From NCBI GenBank assembly GCA_002269645.1, contig NIVC01000212.1:496001-560000 (forward strand): DNA of 64,000 nucleotides, read 5' to 3'. The notes beneath the pieces are model-generated. The model was not told the origin of the DNA. It ran no database searches and was given only the letters and a program-made list of their open reading frames with translations. This DNA comes from Macrostomum lignano. Lineage: Eukaryota. Positions 24,704 through 37,467 of the stretch are shown here, piece after piece. How positions within the stretch are numbered: the stretch's first letter is position 1; every line of letters starts with the position of its first letter. Position numbers and translations under genes: made by a program.

Positions 24704-26493
24704 GGCGTCGCCACCGGGAGGGTGACAGTGCAGGACATTGTCCTAGTAAAAGCTTAAGGGGGCATGCCAATGCTTTGTCCTCCCCGCCCTACTTTGTGAC
24801 CCGCAATGGAAATCAGTAATTTTGCTACAGGGCGCTTGCAGCGCCAAAATGAGTGCTAACTGCAGCGATTCCCAAAATAATATAGGAATTTAATCATGTA
24901 GAATTCTTGGCTTTGTCCCCCCCCCACCATAGAATCCATGGCGACGCCCCTGTAGAGAACAGTGCATAGATGATCAACTGAAAAACAAGGACTACTAATT
25001 GTCCTTTAATCTCTGGGTTTCGCAGGCTGAAATGAAAGTGTTTGCCGATGTCGGAAACATTGTATCCTGCATCTTTGAGCTTGGCAATGGTAGACTGTAT
25101 AGTGTGTTGTGGAGTTGAATAATGGCCAAAACACGAGTGCGCGTAGCAGTGTCTCTGTGGGCGCTACAGTGTCTCTTGCTGTGCCCCCCCTCTTCGGTCG
25201 GTCGGTGGGTGGGCATCGAAGAGGATCGACAAGAATTCAGCTGCTGTCATTCGTCCAGCTTGGTTACCACTTTTGTTTTAGTTTTTAGGGGAGCGCCACT
25301 TTTTTGGGGTGGGGGGGATTTAGAGGACCTCGACCCCTGCTGCCTGTGTGTACGCCACTGCTGAATGTAGAGACTTTGTGGGAGTCCAGTAATTATTGGT
25401 TGAAAAATTCTCGCTTTTGTGAAAATATATATACTTACTTGTTCAAGAGTTGATTTCTCATCAATTTTAGCCCCTGATCTAGAAAGCTATAGGGGTCGTA
25501 CTATAAAGCTGTCGTAGCGTAAGTTCGATCGTACATCGGAACTTTTACACTACGGAGATAGGAGCTAAGAACGATCTTATCTTACGATGGCTTTATAGAA
25601 CGGGCCCGGGTGTTCAAAGTGGTTCGTTGCACCTTACTATTCTTATGCTCATTTCTGATTTTCATTGACAGACCTGTATAAATTGATGCCATATGTACAT
25701 TTATGTATACACGGCCACCCTCTCATTCCCTGCGCGGGATATTTTAGTTCAATTGCTCATTGAGCTGATGTACGTGCAAGGTTGGTGTACGTGTAATAGG
25801 ATGTACGTTTCTCTCGTATCGAACCCTTAGGTTGGCTCCTAAATAGCTCGTATATCGCAATCAATGCCCAAAGTCGGGGCCGAAGGTCTTACTCGGCAAA
25901 TTATCTAGGTTTCGTGCCAGTCACCACGTACACTGTACGAGCGTGTAGACCGCGATTAGGGCACTGAAAGCACCGCTAGCTTGTTGTACTAAGCGCTACA
26001 ACTGATGAATTAATATTTGATCGGGACCAGAAAGAGCTACTCGTATAGTACCGGAAATTGTTAAACTATTAATCCCGTAGAAGATTATATAACGGAAGAT
26101 ACGATGCTTTAAAAATTTAACTTCTCAGTATACATTGGTACCTACAGCTTACATGTAGTACATGTGAGTTCTTGTGACACACAAATGGGGTCTTTCCTTT
26201 ATTTGCCCAAATAAAAGCTCAAACAAAGATCCGGAAAATTCCGTACCTGCAGCTTTTATTGACGTTTGGGTATCCAAACATGTAGCCTACAGTAGCTAGA
26301 ATATTTCGAATGTGAACCATCATTTCGGGAACTGTTACTCCCTCGTATATTGACCAATGTTTGAGATATCTGCTTTTGCATGAAACAAGCATTTTCTCTG
26401 ACTCTGTCAAGGCAAACATAAAATCGAGAAAGACACAAATCTATTTATTCAGTCGATTTTGGCGATATCGTCAAAAATCAATAGCAATACTTG

Positions 26494-26581
26494 ATGATGC
26501 GCTCCGTGATCGTCCAGGTGCTGCTGCCGCTGCTGCTGCTGAGCCGGCCCGCCGCCTGCTGCAGGCAGCGAGTCGCCTTCC
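26494..26581 (+). pseudogene. PAN/C-type lectin paralog retaining only the signal-peptide portion
   Basis: Near-identical to 29487-29574, and the upstream ~250 bp is shared; homology stops abruptly at 26581. Confidence 0.8.
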
Positions 26582-27004
26582 AGATTATTGAGGGGCCTAG
26601 GGAGGTGCGCACATGTGGCGTGGCGTGATTGGCTATGCCAACCCCCCCGGGCTTGGCTTAGCGAGCCGGCTAGCGCGGTGCGCCACCACCCCACCTCAGC
26701 TAGACAGAGGTTGGCGGGGGGGTTTTTCAGTGCGGCTGCACTGGTGCTGCCGGTCGCGTAGTCTGGCCGCCACAATTAAAGCATTGAAGTTTGCAATATT
26801 ATAGTTCTGCACACGTGATTCAGACCATGCACAATTAAGTGTACATACACCTTAGTAAAGAAACAGACGGAACTGTCATTCTTTCTATGATAAACCAAAG
26901 AATATAGTGCTTCATACTAGAATTTATCACTTTACACCACTTGATATTCGTTAATTACAGTAAACGTGTATGTCTATCATCCGAAACTGACCAAATCCAA
27001 TAAG

Positions 27005-28530
27005 CCCTCTGGTTGGCGCCCCTGTCTCTTGGTGTGGGCGCTCCTGTCTCTTGGTGTGGGCGCCCCTAGCTGTCTCTTGGTGGGCGCCCCTGTCTCTTGG
27101 TTGGCGCCCCTGTCTCTTGGTTGGCGCCCCTGTCTCTTGGTTGGCGCCCCTGTATCTTGGTTGGCGCCCCTGTATCTTGGTGTTGGCGCCCCTGTCTCTT
27201 GGGCCCCTGTCTCTTGGTTGGCGCCCCTGTCTCTTGGTTGGCGCCCCTGTATCTTGGTTGGCGCCCCTGTATCTTGGTGTTGGCGCCCCTGTCTCTTGGT
27301 GGGCGCCTCTGTCTCTTGGTGGGCGCCCCTGTCTCTTCGTGGGCGCCCCTGTCTCTTCGTGGGCGCCCCTGTCTCTTGGTGGGCGCCCCTGTCTCTTGGT
27401 GGGCGCCCCTGTCTCTTGGTGGGCGCCCCTGTCTCTTCGTGGGCGCCCCTGTCTCTTGGTGGGCGCCCCTATCTCTTGGTGGGCGCCCCTGTCTCTTGGT
27501 GGGCGCCCCTGTCTCTTTGTGGGCGCCCCTGTCTCTTGGTGGGCGCCCCTGTCTCTTCGTGGACGCCCCTGTCTCTTCGTGTGGGCGCCCCTGTCTTGGT
27601 GGGCGCCCCTATCTCTTGGTGGGCGCCCCTGTCTCTTGGTGGGCGCCCGTCTCTTTGTGGGCGCCCCTGTCACTTGGTGGGCGCCCCTGTCTCTTGGTGT
27701 GGGCGCCCCTGTCTTGGAGGGCGCCTCTGTATCTTGGTGTTGGCGCCCCTGTCTCTTGGGCCCCTGTCTCTTGGTGGGCGCCCCTGTCTCTTTGTGGGCG
27801 CCCCTGTCTCTTGGTGGGCGCCCCTGTCTCTTGGTGTGGGCGCCCCTGTCTTGGTGGGCGCCCCTGTATCTTGGTGTTGGCGCCCCTGTCTCTTGGGCCC
27901 CTGTCTCTTGGTGGACGCCCCTGTCTCTTGGTATGGGCGCCCGTCTCTTCGTGGGCGCCCCTGTCTCTTGGTGGGCGCCCCTGTCTCTTGGTGGGCGCCC
28001 CTGTCTCTTGGTCCCCTGTCTCTTGGTGGGCGCCCCTGTCTCTTGGTGGGCGCCCCTGTCTCTTGGTGGGCGCCCGTCTCTTTGTGGGCGCCCCTGTCAC
28101 TTGGTGGGCGCCCCTGTCTCTTGGTGTGGGCGCCCCTGTCTTGGAGGGCGCCTCTGTATCTTGGTGTTGGCGCCCCTGTCTCTTGGGCCCCTGTCTCTTG
28201 GTGGACGCCCCTGTCTCTTGGTGGGCGCCCCTGTCTCTTTGTGGGCGCCCCTGTCTCGTGGTGGGCGCCCCTGTCTCTTGGTGTGGGCGCCCCTGTCTTG
28301 GTGGGCGCCCCTGTATCTTGGTGTTGGCGCCCCTGTCTCTTGGGCCCCTGTCTCTTGGTGGACGCCCCTGTCTCTTGGTATGGGCGCCCGTCTCTTTGTG
28401 GGCGCCCCTGTCTCTTGGTGGGCGCCCCTGTCTCTTGGTGGGCGCCCCTGTCTCTTGGTCCCCTGTCTCTTGGTGGGCGCCCCTGTCTCTTGGTGGGCGC
28501 CCCTGTCTCTTGGTGGGCGCCCCGCTAGGC
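27005..28530. repeat. ~20-bp GC-rich minisatellite (GGTGGGCGCCCCTGTCTCTT)n
   Basis: ~75 imperfect units. Confidence 0.96.
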
Positions 28531-29486
28531 TGGTAGGTGTCACGTCGAAGAGGAGGCAAAAGTGGTGTTCCTGTCATTCGTCCCCCTTGGTTCCCACTTT
28601 TGCTTAGTTTTTAGACGACCAAACAAAAAATTTTGTTTGAAAAAGATTGATTTATTGGGGGGGGGGGCGATTGAGAGGACCTCAGCTCTCCCTTGCGGTC
28701 GAGTCTGCGTACGCCACTGCTGGATGTACGATGTACGTAGAGCTCGTCGGAGTCCATAACTATATTAGTTGTAAGATTTTCACTTGTGCGGGAGAATTGA
28801 TTTCTCATAGTTTTCAGTTTTTTGCCAGTTTTAGCCCCAAAAAAGGACATTGTGTTCGAAAATGGTCAGTCAGACACTCAAACTTTACAATACGTTCGTA
28901 CTATTCTAAAGCTCATTTCATACCTGTATGAATTGATTCCCTGTATAGACCGAAATTACGACACTTAAACACCTATGCTGATGAAGCTGATGAGTTAGTT
29001 GATCGGTACCTGAAGCTAGGTCATACAATTGTGGAGTATTGCTCTTGTTAGATGATACGAGTACAACGTACTGGTATAAAGACAGAAACACTGACGCTTG
29101 GAAAATTCAAACTCTGCTCATTATAGCTCGTACATTGGCAGCTACAACTTACGTGTGGGTTCTTGTGATGCACTAATGCAGTCTTTCTTTTATTTGCCCA
29201 ACTATAAAAGCTCAAACAAAGTTCCGGGCTATTCTATACCTGCAGCTTTTATTGACGTTTGGGTGTCCAAACATGCAGTTTACAGTAGCAAGAATATTCC
29301 GAATGTGAATCAACATTTCGGGGACTGATATTCTAACTCTTATTGACCAATGTGTGAGATATCTGTTTTTGCATGAAACAAGCATTTTCTCTGACTCTGT
29401 CAAGGCAAACATAAAATCGAGAAAGACACGAGTCTATATATTCAGTCGATTTTGGCGATATCGTCAAAAATCAAAAGCAATACTTG

Positions 29487-30368
29487 ATGATGCGCTCCGT
29501 GATCGTCCAGGTGCTGCTGCCACTGCTGCTGCTGAGCCGCCCCGCCGCCTGCTGCAGGCAGCGAGTCGCCTTCCACCCGATCCTCACCTCCAACTGCGTG
29601 TCCCCAGCTCACTACCAGCTGCTCGACCTTGACATCGCGGCCTGTGCGCTTCGCTGTGGAGCGGCTCCGAGATGCAGAGCCTTCGCCATGGAGGCTGCGG
29701 CGGCCGCCTCGGACCGGCAGCTCTGCCTGCTGTTCGCCTTCGATGCCTGCAGCTCGCGAATGCTGCTCAATCCCGGCTCGATGGCGAGCAGCGGCTGCAG
29801 CAGCAGGAGGCTTCGAGTCTTCGTCAAGCGGTCGGAGGGTCTCGAGCCGGGCCAGCTCTGTCCCGCCGACTATCGCTGGGTGCCCGGCGTCAGCGGCAGC
29901 CGCTTCAAGGGCTCGCTGTACAAGGCTGCTGGGAACGGGCAGGAGGCCGACTGGAGCGCTCAGGCCGACAGCTGCCGGAGCTTCCTGAGCACCTCGGACG
30001 GGTCCGCCATGCCGCTGACGAAGCTCGCCGACCTGAGCAGCGTCGAGGAGCTCCATGATGTGAGGACGTCAACTGGCCTGACTGGCAGCAGTCAGCAGAT
30101 CTGGGTTGGCGCCTCGATTCTGGCCAACGGCAGCTGGGCTTGGGCGGACTGCGGCTGGCCGCTGCCGGTTCTGGAGACTAGCAGCGGCGGACTCTGGAAC
30201 CCTAGCGAGCCGAACAATGGCAAGGATATTGGATTGCGTGCTAGAATCCGCAACACTGCTCTGTATGACAATTATGGTTCAATATCATATTACGGAGCCT
30301 GCGAGTGCTTGGATCCGTTTATAAGTTTTACTATGGAAATCAAGAGGCCCGAGACAACAAAAAATTAG
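29487..30368 (+). CDS. Secreted PAN/Apple-domain + C-type lectin protein (single exon, intact)
   Basis: Signal peptide (VIVQVLLPLLLLSRPAACC); PAN-like C..C...C.....C; CTLD features WSAQADSC, IWVGA, WAWAD, WNPSEPNN (EPN), DNY..YYGACEC. Confidence 0.85.
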   Translation: MMRSVIVQVLLPLLLLSRPAACCRQRVAFHPILTSNCVSPAHYQLLDLDIAACALRCGAAPRCRAFAMEAAAAASDRQLCLLFAFDACSSRMLLNPGSMASSGCSSRRLRVFVKRSEGLEPGQLCPADYRWVPGVSGSRFKGSLYKAAGNGQEADWSAQADSCRSFLSTSDGSAMPLTKLADLSSVEELHDVRTSTGLTGSSQQIWVGASILANGSWAWADCGWPLPVLETSSGGLWNPSEPNNGKDIGLRARIRNTALYDNYGSISYYGACECLDPFISFTMEIKRPETTKN

Positions 30369-30420
30369 ATATAACATCTTACAGTGAACTGTAGCAACTT
30401 GAATTCCGATATTAAATTAA

Positions 30421-31092
30421 AGAGGATGTGAACTCAAGAGTCAAAATTGAACCCGAAACATTCGGCCCCGACTTCTCAACGCCAATCTCTGCATTTGAAG
30501 CCAAATAGCTCCCGTTATGCCTAAAACTTTATCATTCGTGGGGATCTCTATGGGGAGAAATGGGATAAATGGGATTTCATATGAACTTAAGGCTCCATAA
30601 TATGAGCCTGAAGCATTGGGTCCCAATTTCTCAACGCCAATCCCTTCATTTGGAGCTTCAAATGCTTAAATGACGAAATGACCATGATAAACGTTCTTTT
30701 TATTTTTGTATGAAGAATAGAAGTGTTAGTAATGTTAGGTTATGCCCCCATTTATGTTATCTCTTAATAATTTTTATGTTATTCTAAATGTCCATGCCCT
30801 GAATTATTCTCATGTAGCTAACGTCAAGTTTTTTATTACAATTGTTTCATAAATGGCTGTATACTAGAGGTTCCTGTCAAAAACACAATGAAAATCATAT
30901 TAAACTCAAAATAACACAGGAAGGTTTCGGATCGCATGAAATCCCCATTTCTCCCCATAGAGATCCTCAAATGCCAAAGTGGTCGGTTTTAGGCATAGTA
31001 GGAGCTATTTGGTTCCAAATGAAGAGATTGGCGTAGAGAAATCGGGACCCAATGCTTCGGGCTCCATTTTGACTCTTGAGTTCACATCCTCC
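30421..31092. mobile_element. MITE with ~130-bp TIRs (Kolobok-like: TTAA on the left, RR ends)
   Basis: TTAA|AGAGGATGTGAACTCAAGAGTCAAAA ... TTTTGACTCTTGAGTTCACATCCTCC; the right TSD is degenerate. Confidence 0.7.
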
Positions 31093-31648
31093 TTCCTTAG
31101 TTTTGCTTGTAAGCAGACTAGAGATAGTAACGTAATAGTCCTTTCTGGTAACCATCTATGAGGCCATGTCTATGAAACCAGAGAATATCGTGCTTTACCT
31201 GAAGTACAATCGGAATTCATCACTTTACACCACTTGATATTTGTTAATACAGTAATGAGTGTCTATTCATAACTGTAAACTGGTCGAATGACACATTATC
31301 GATGCTGATTGTCACAATAATATATTCCAGTTATCTAGCAGTCGACAATACTTCACAACATCTGCTGCTTACAGATGCACTTTGGCAAGAACACAAGTCG
31401 CTATTGTATGAACTTTCAGGAAAATTGACTGTTTAACCCGGAGATCTACAGGTCTACATGTACATGTATACACACACACGTAGGCGGCTATACGCACTAT
31501 CCTTATGCAGTGGCTCCTGATTGCGCTCCTCAAAAAATAATAGAAAGAGGTAGCCATGCATGCTCGACGAATTAAGGGACGATGGGTTTTCCACCGGCCT
31601 AGAAGATATGGGGGTCCGGCCAGAGTTATATTCATTTGCATACATGTA

Positions 31649-32225
31649 CAGTAGAACTACCAATTAAGAGGGGGAAACCCCCCCCCCCTGAAATTTTTTT
31701 GCTGCGCCGGAACGGAGCAACGCTGGCTCACGAAATTCAAGAACACGAGCCAACTTTTTGTTGCGCACCTTCTCAAACAAGAATCAAGTCGCCAGCCCTC
31801 CGGACCGTCGAGATATTCGACGATTCTGCCAGAAGGTCGGATTTTTTCCATAAGCGCCAGTGTATTCAGTACACCCCTGTGCGCCAATCAGCACTGCGCC
31901 TCAGTGCAGCCTTGCCAAGTCTCCAAATTTCATCAGCACGTCGATCACATGTTTCTGCATCAGCTCTGACTTCGTTGATCACTGGCCTTTACCGAGACGG
32001 AGCTTCTGGACCTTCAACAGGTGGCACCAGGTGACTATGAACACCCTGATACGAAATTCTCGTTTCGCTGATCAATCCTCGACAGTGGGCAATTGCCTCA
32101 ACTGCTGGACATCCTAAGCTAGTCTCTCGAGCATTCCGTCATCACCCCGACACCGTCGGTACCTTCAACAGAATACACCAGGTGACTATGAGCCTGGTGC
32201 CACCAGTTAAAGGTGCTGACTACTG
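31649..32225 (+). mobile_element. Short copy of the CAGTAG-ended element seen at 42007-44054
   Basis: High similarity to 42040-42570; starts CAGTAG and ends CTACTG|TTAA. Confidence 0.75.
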
Positions 32226-32384
32226 TTAATTTCCTTAAAAATATTGATACATAATATTTGCGCTTTCTAGTGAGATTGGTGTTTCATTTTCATGAACTAG
32301 TTAATTACATGTGCGGTTTTTTAGCTCTATACGCAATTCCGCTGCTTCGGTGGGCGAATCATCAAGAGACAGATGCGCCCAACT

Positions 32385-33010
32385 AGAGATAGGGGCGCCA
32401 ACCAAGAGACAGGGGCGCCAACCAAGAGACAGGGGCGCCCAACAAGAGACAGGGACGCCCACCAAGAGACAGGGGCGCCCACCAAGAGACAGGGGCGCCC
32501 AACAAGAGACAGGGACGCCCACCAAGAGACAGGGGCGCCCACCAAGAGACAGGGGCGCCAACCAAGAGACAGGGGCGCCAACCAAGAGACAGGGGCGCCA
32601 ACCAAGAGACAGGGGCGCCAACCAAGAGACAGGGGCGCCAACCAAGAGACAGGGGCGCCCACCAAGAGACAGGGGCGCCCAACAAGAGACAGGGACGCCC
32701 ACCAAGAGACAGGGGCGCCCACCAAGAGACAGGGGCGCCAACCAAGAGACAGGGGCGCCAACCAAGAGACAGGGGCGCCAACCAAGAGACAGGGGCGCCA
32801 ACCAAGAGACAGGGGCGCCAACCAAGAGACAGGGGCGCCAACCAAGAGACAGGGGCGCCAACCAAGAGACAGGGGCGCCAACCAAGAGACAGGGGCGCCA
32901 ACCAAGAGACAGGGACGCCCACCAAGAGACAGGGGCGCCAACCAAGAGACAGGGGCGCCAACCAAGAGACAGGGGCGCCAACCAAGAGACAGGGGCGCCC
33001 ACCAAGACAC
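32385..33010. repeat. 20-bp minisatellite (ACCAAGAGACAGGGGCGCCA)n, the reverse complement of the 27005-28530 array
   Basis: ~31 units. Confidence 0.96.
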
Positions 33011-33750
33011 CGAATTGGCGCCCTCTAGGGTTGCGGTCCCGTCCGATTGAAATTCCTGCGTAACCCACCACCTCCTATGAAAGGCAAATCAAATCAAATG
33101 ACATTATGAAATCAAACAGAAAGTCCTTAGACTGCAGACTGCAGCAAAACCAGCAAAATCGGCAGTTCAAGATAGATTTTCAATTAAAAGTGCGATTGCA
33201 ATTTACATTAATTCACATCTCAAGGAAAACAAAAGCAAAGTGTATTATTTCATTAAATAGCATCAACTCAAAGTGATTAGAAACATTCTTAATTTATTAG
33301 CTCAAAAAGATTAGCATAGCTGATATGACTATCTCAACAACAGAAAAAATAAGCATAACTACAATGTAGAAATAGCCTAGTAAGACTAGAAAGCAGATTT
33401 ATTAAAAAAATAAACTATTTAACATCTCGACTAGCGTTCCTTTTGTGACAGAATTAACTGCAATGTGCTTATGAAATAAAACAGTTTACTCTTGGGTTAG
33501 AGACTTGGGTTAGACTAGAAGTCAGGAAGTCAGGAAATAAAGTTTTCCTGACAATATAAAACAATACAATAAACTCTGATAAACTCTTGAACGACGAGAT
33601 GTCACGCTAAAAGTCGCCAAAAAGTATTTAAAGAGCCACCTAAGGGTCGATATGAGGCGTTTTGATTGTCTGCGACTCTGAAGTAATTGTAGAATCACTG
33701 AGTTGTATTTCGCATTTATAACAACTCTATTTAGTCTACTTGAGTTAGTA

Positions 33751-36109
33751 CGAGGGGTGATCAAAAAGTTCTGCAAGTGACCTCAAAACTCAGTGCTACA
33801 GCAGCCGAGGCGTCTAATCAGTGTCACATTCCTTCAAAGTACTTTCCACCACTATCTATGCACCGTCGCATGCGTGTGCACCATGTCTGAAAGCAGTCAT
33901 GGTACTCTGAAGTTGGTATACCCTGTAGAGCTGAATGTACCGCTTGGGCAAGGTTTTATATGTGTGAAAACGGCCTCCCAGAAATGACGGATTTGATCCT
34001 TGGGAACAGCCAAAAGTCGCACGGTGCTAGGTCTAGAGAGTAGGGTGGATGGGGCAGCAGCCGGACCCCCTGCTGCTCCAGGTACGCCATGGTTCAGGCC
34101 GCTCTGTGCGGTGCCGCATTGTCATGGTGCAGCAGGAGTCGAGGTCCATGCCTGGTTCGCACACGTTCCTGCCGCTCCTGCAGCACGCCTGGCAGAACAG
34201 TGTCTGTGTAGTACTTGGCAGTCACTGTGGCACCCGCTGGAAGGATGTTCACCGATACAACACCCTGAGAGTTGAAAAAATGGTGAACATCCGCTTCCGA
34301 CTGCGGAATCCGGTCTGCAGCACCTCAGACCTTGGCTCATCTTCTGCCAGCCAGACCATGTTGGACTGCTTATCCTTCATGGTAAAAGAAGGAGATCCAA
34401 CATTCGTCTCCTGTGATGACATCCGACAGTCGTCGTGGGCCGTGGGGCTCAAACATTTGCACCTACAAGCGACAGATGCGCACCCTCTCTGCTTGCTGCT
34501 CCGGAGTGAGAAGATGGGGTACCCACCGAGCGCAGGTCTTTGTGCGGCCTAGTTGCTCATGCATGATGTTATGAGCACTTCCATAGCTGACACCAAGCTC
34601 ATAGGCAATGAATCTCAGCATAATGCTCCAATCCTCACGAATTATTGCATCGGCATGGGCCACGACATCTTCGGTCACGGATGTCCGGGGTCGGCCAGAC
34701 CTCGGTTCATCGTTGAAGCTGTCCCAGCATTCCAAGAAATGGCGCAGCCAGCGGGCAACCGTGTCAAATGATGGAGCAGAGTCAGCTAAAACATTCACCA
34801 GATCGGTGTGAATCTCAGTCACTTTGCAACCAAGTTGCATGCACATAAAGATATAGAAGCGAACACTGTCTTTTGATGTTTCCATCAGCTACTGAAAACA
34901 CATGGAAAATATATGGCTGTGAAATTTGACTGGGGCATATTTGGAAGCCAAAAATGCACATAAATATAGCAAATACGAGGGGTGTCCCAAAAGTTCCCGG
35001 AATGTCTAACGTAGCTCTTCAACGGAGCCATGATGTTTCACGCCCTTGGTGTCAAATGAAAGGAAATTTTGTCACGAAGAAAATGAAGTTAAAATCATGT
35101 TGATATCTGTTTTTATTCAGGAGCTGCAGCAAGAAAAGTGTGCAAAGGTCAGGGGTAGTGTTACACAACCTCAAAAATCTATGGCAATGATTTTAAACAA
35201 TAAAACACAGAACAGTTCATACCGTTGATGAATCCTTGGGACATGCACCGATTCAAAATTCAAAGCGAATCGTCAAGCTCAGCCTGCGGCTTCTCCACGT
35301 AGTCCCCATTCAGCTTGATACACCTCTGCCACTTTGAAAGCATGCCGTCGATGGCCTGGGCAAAAACAGTTCGAGGCATTTCATGATGCAGGATGACGCG
35401 ACGAGTGAAGTCTTCAAGTTCACTGTGGTTCTGGAACACCGGCTACGAATTTTCTGGACCGTCTCTAAAGCGTTCGATCCATTCGTAAATGGCAGTTTTT
35501 TCAGGCTTTTCTCACCATGGATGGAGAATAAGTGGTCAGAAATCTTGGCTCTACTCCATCCTACTGACCAAAGGACAAAAACTTGACTTCGCTGACTTTC
35601 GAGGCTCTGAAGAGAACCCAATTTGGCAAAGAGATTTCAAGTTGAAAGCAAGCGCTTGGTAAGAATTATCTGCACTCGCGCAAAAGCTCAGATTAGCTTA
35701 ATGAGCATTTCTGCTTTTTTCCATAGACACTACCACGTCTTTCTGAGACGTTAGTAGCACGAATTCAAAATGAAAATATCCAAAAATGGAGATGAAAAAT
35801 TATTTTCAGTGATATGTGAGGTTGTGTAACAGTACCCCTGACCTTTGCGCACGTTTCTTGCTGCAGCTCCTGAATAAAAACAGATATCAACATGATTTTA
35901 ACTTCATTTTCTTCGTGACAAAATTTCCTTTCATTTGACACCAAGGGCGTGAAACATCATGGCTCCGTTGAAGAGCTACGTTAGACATTCCGGGAACTTT
36001 TGGGACACCCCTCGTAGATATAGCCACATATGTGTAAGTTTTTGGCTTTTGCCGATTCTATAACTAAAAGTTATAACAAAAGGTTGCAGAACTTTTTGAT
36101 CACCCCTCG
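33751..36109 (-). mobile_element. Mariner (DD34D-type) element with a pseudogenised transposase at 33824-34885
   Basis: TA|CGAGGGGTGATCAAAAAGTTCTGCAA ... TTGCAGAACTTTTTGATCACCCCTCG|TA; HTH ...DEPRSGRP, WVPHLL, ITGDE, HDNAAPH, YSLDLAPCDF. Confidence 0.92.
34976..36014. mobile_element. Nested mariner-derived MITE with ~200-bp TIRs
   Basis: TA|CGAGGGGTGTCCCAAAAGTTCCCGGAATG ... CATTCCGGGAACTTTTGGGACACCCCTCG|TA; minus-strand HTH remnant IYEWIERFRDG near 35470-35500. Confidence 0.9.
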
Positions 36110-36584
36110 TAGAAAGTTAAGCGCTGACATAACGACTCTTGGACGATTGTTTTCGTGACTTCTGCAACTCACGTGTTGCAGTCAAGGACGACTTAAGTAG
36201 AAGGACGGTGTTGTGACTGTGAGCGAGGGGTAACGCGTTAGAGCCTGTCTAGGCTTGATACCCTGTCTGCTGCGTACCCAGTGCACCCATGCTCCCTTTC
36301 CCAAGCACAGACAGCATGAGTAAGCTGTCTCTCTCATCCCCGGCCTCCCCACCCCAGTGCGTGTGAGTAATGTCTATGTGCCGGTCTTACCCGGTCTCTC
36401 CGGTGAGCCAATCTAAGGCCCCGTGTTGAGGTGGTATGAGAAACTGTTTGGTTAAATACACAGGCCCGCTCAGATGAGGGGCTAAGCAGATAAGAGTGCC
36501 AAGTGTGCCATAACTCTATAAGTCTGAGACTTGCAATTATTTGTCAGCCAGTGACACCACAGGGCAGTTACGAGCTAGAACAGA

Positions 36585-37232
36585 CGGGAAACATTGTTTC
36601 TTCGAAAATTTTAGAAGGCAGGTTTTCCCGAAAAAATACACTACGGAGATAGGAAGTTTTCATTTTTTCAGCACAAAAATTGCTATTGCTTTTGATAGGA
36701 AGCAGATCTAGTGTTTATCTTTTGATATGTTGTGCCTTACTTATTGCTCTATCGATACTCATAAAGCTTTTCGTTTTATGTGAATTTTTTATTCTTCGTA
36801 CATTTTCTGTACATAAAAATCATAAAAATGCATGACACAGATCGAATCTTTGGTTTTATGAATCTATTTTATCATCTCTGTTACAAATATTTGTTACACG
36901 GTCAGCTAAAAACGATAAAACAGACTCATAAATCCATAGAGCTGAGCTGTGCCACTTCAATGGTTTTTAGGCACAAGACATGCGCAAATGTACGTAGAAT
37001 AAAAATGAACACATATTCCTAATTCTGTGAACGAAAAGCTTTATGAATATCGATAGAGCAATAAAAAATGCACAACATATCAAAAGATGAACACCAGGAT
37101 CTGCCTCCTATCAAAAGCAATAACAATATTTGTGCTGAAAAAATATGAAAACTTCCTATCTCCGTAGTGTATCCCTTCGGGAAAACCCGCCTTCCAAAAT
37201 TTTCCAAGAAACAAGGTTTCCCGTCCTTCTAT
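36585..37232. mobile_element. MITE with ~200-bp imperfect TIRs (second copy at ~40880-41052 + 45002-45180)
   Basis: GACGGGAAAC...GCTCTATCGAT...AAAGCTTTTCGTT mirrored at 37030-37230. Confidence 0.8.
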
Positions 37233-37467
37233 TAAAAAGTCGGCCTTGATTACAGTCGTTAAAAAGTCATAAAAGGTCCTAAACAACTAGAGACCTCTGT
37301 CAACGGTAAAGTAGGTCAGGATGATATCTCAAGGCAGCTAGAGCTCATATCAATAAATTCGAGATAAAATCCTACGAACGAAGTAAAAGTTAGTATTAGA
37401 AAGCATGAGAACAGCCAAGGAGAAAGTTGATTGATGAATACATCCTACAAGGGTTGAACAGAATCTA

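Noticed and set aside
26951-33071. 200-520-aa WWAP/GAP-repeat ORFs
   Set aside because: Translations of the 20-bp minisatellite on both strands, with no domain content
36208-36560. Solo LTR (TGTTGT...ACCACA)
   Set aside because: Terminal inverted repeat is weak, and I found no matching 4-6-bp TSD or second copy
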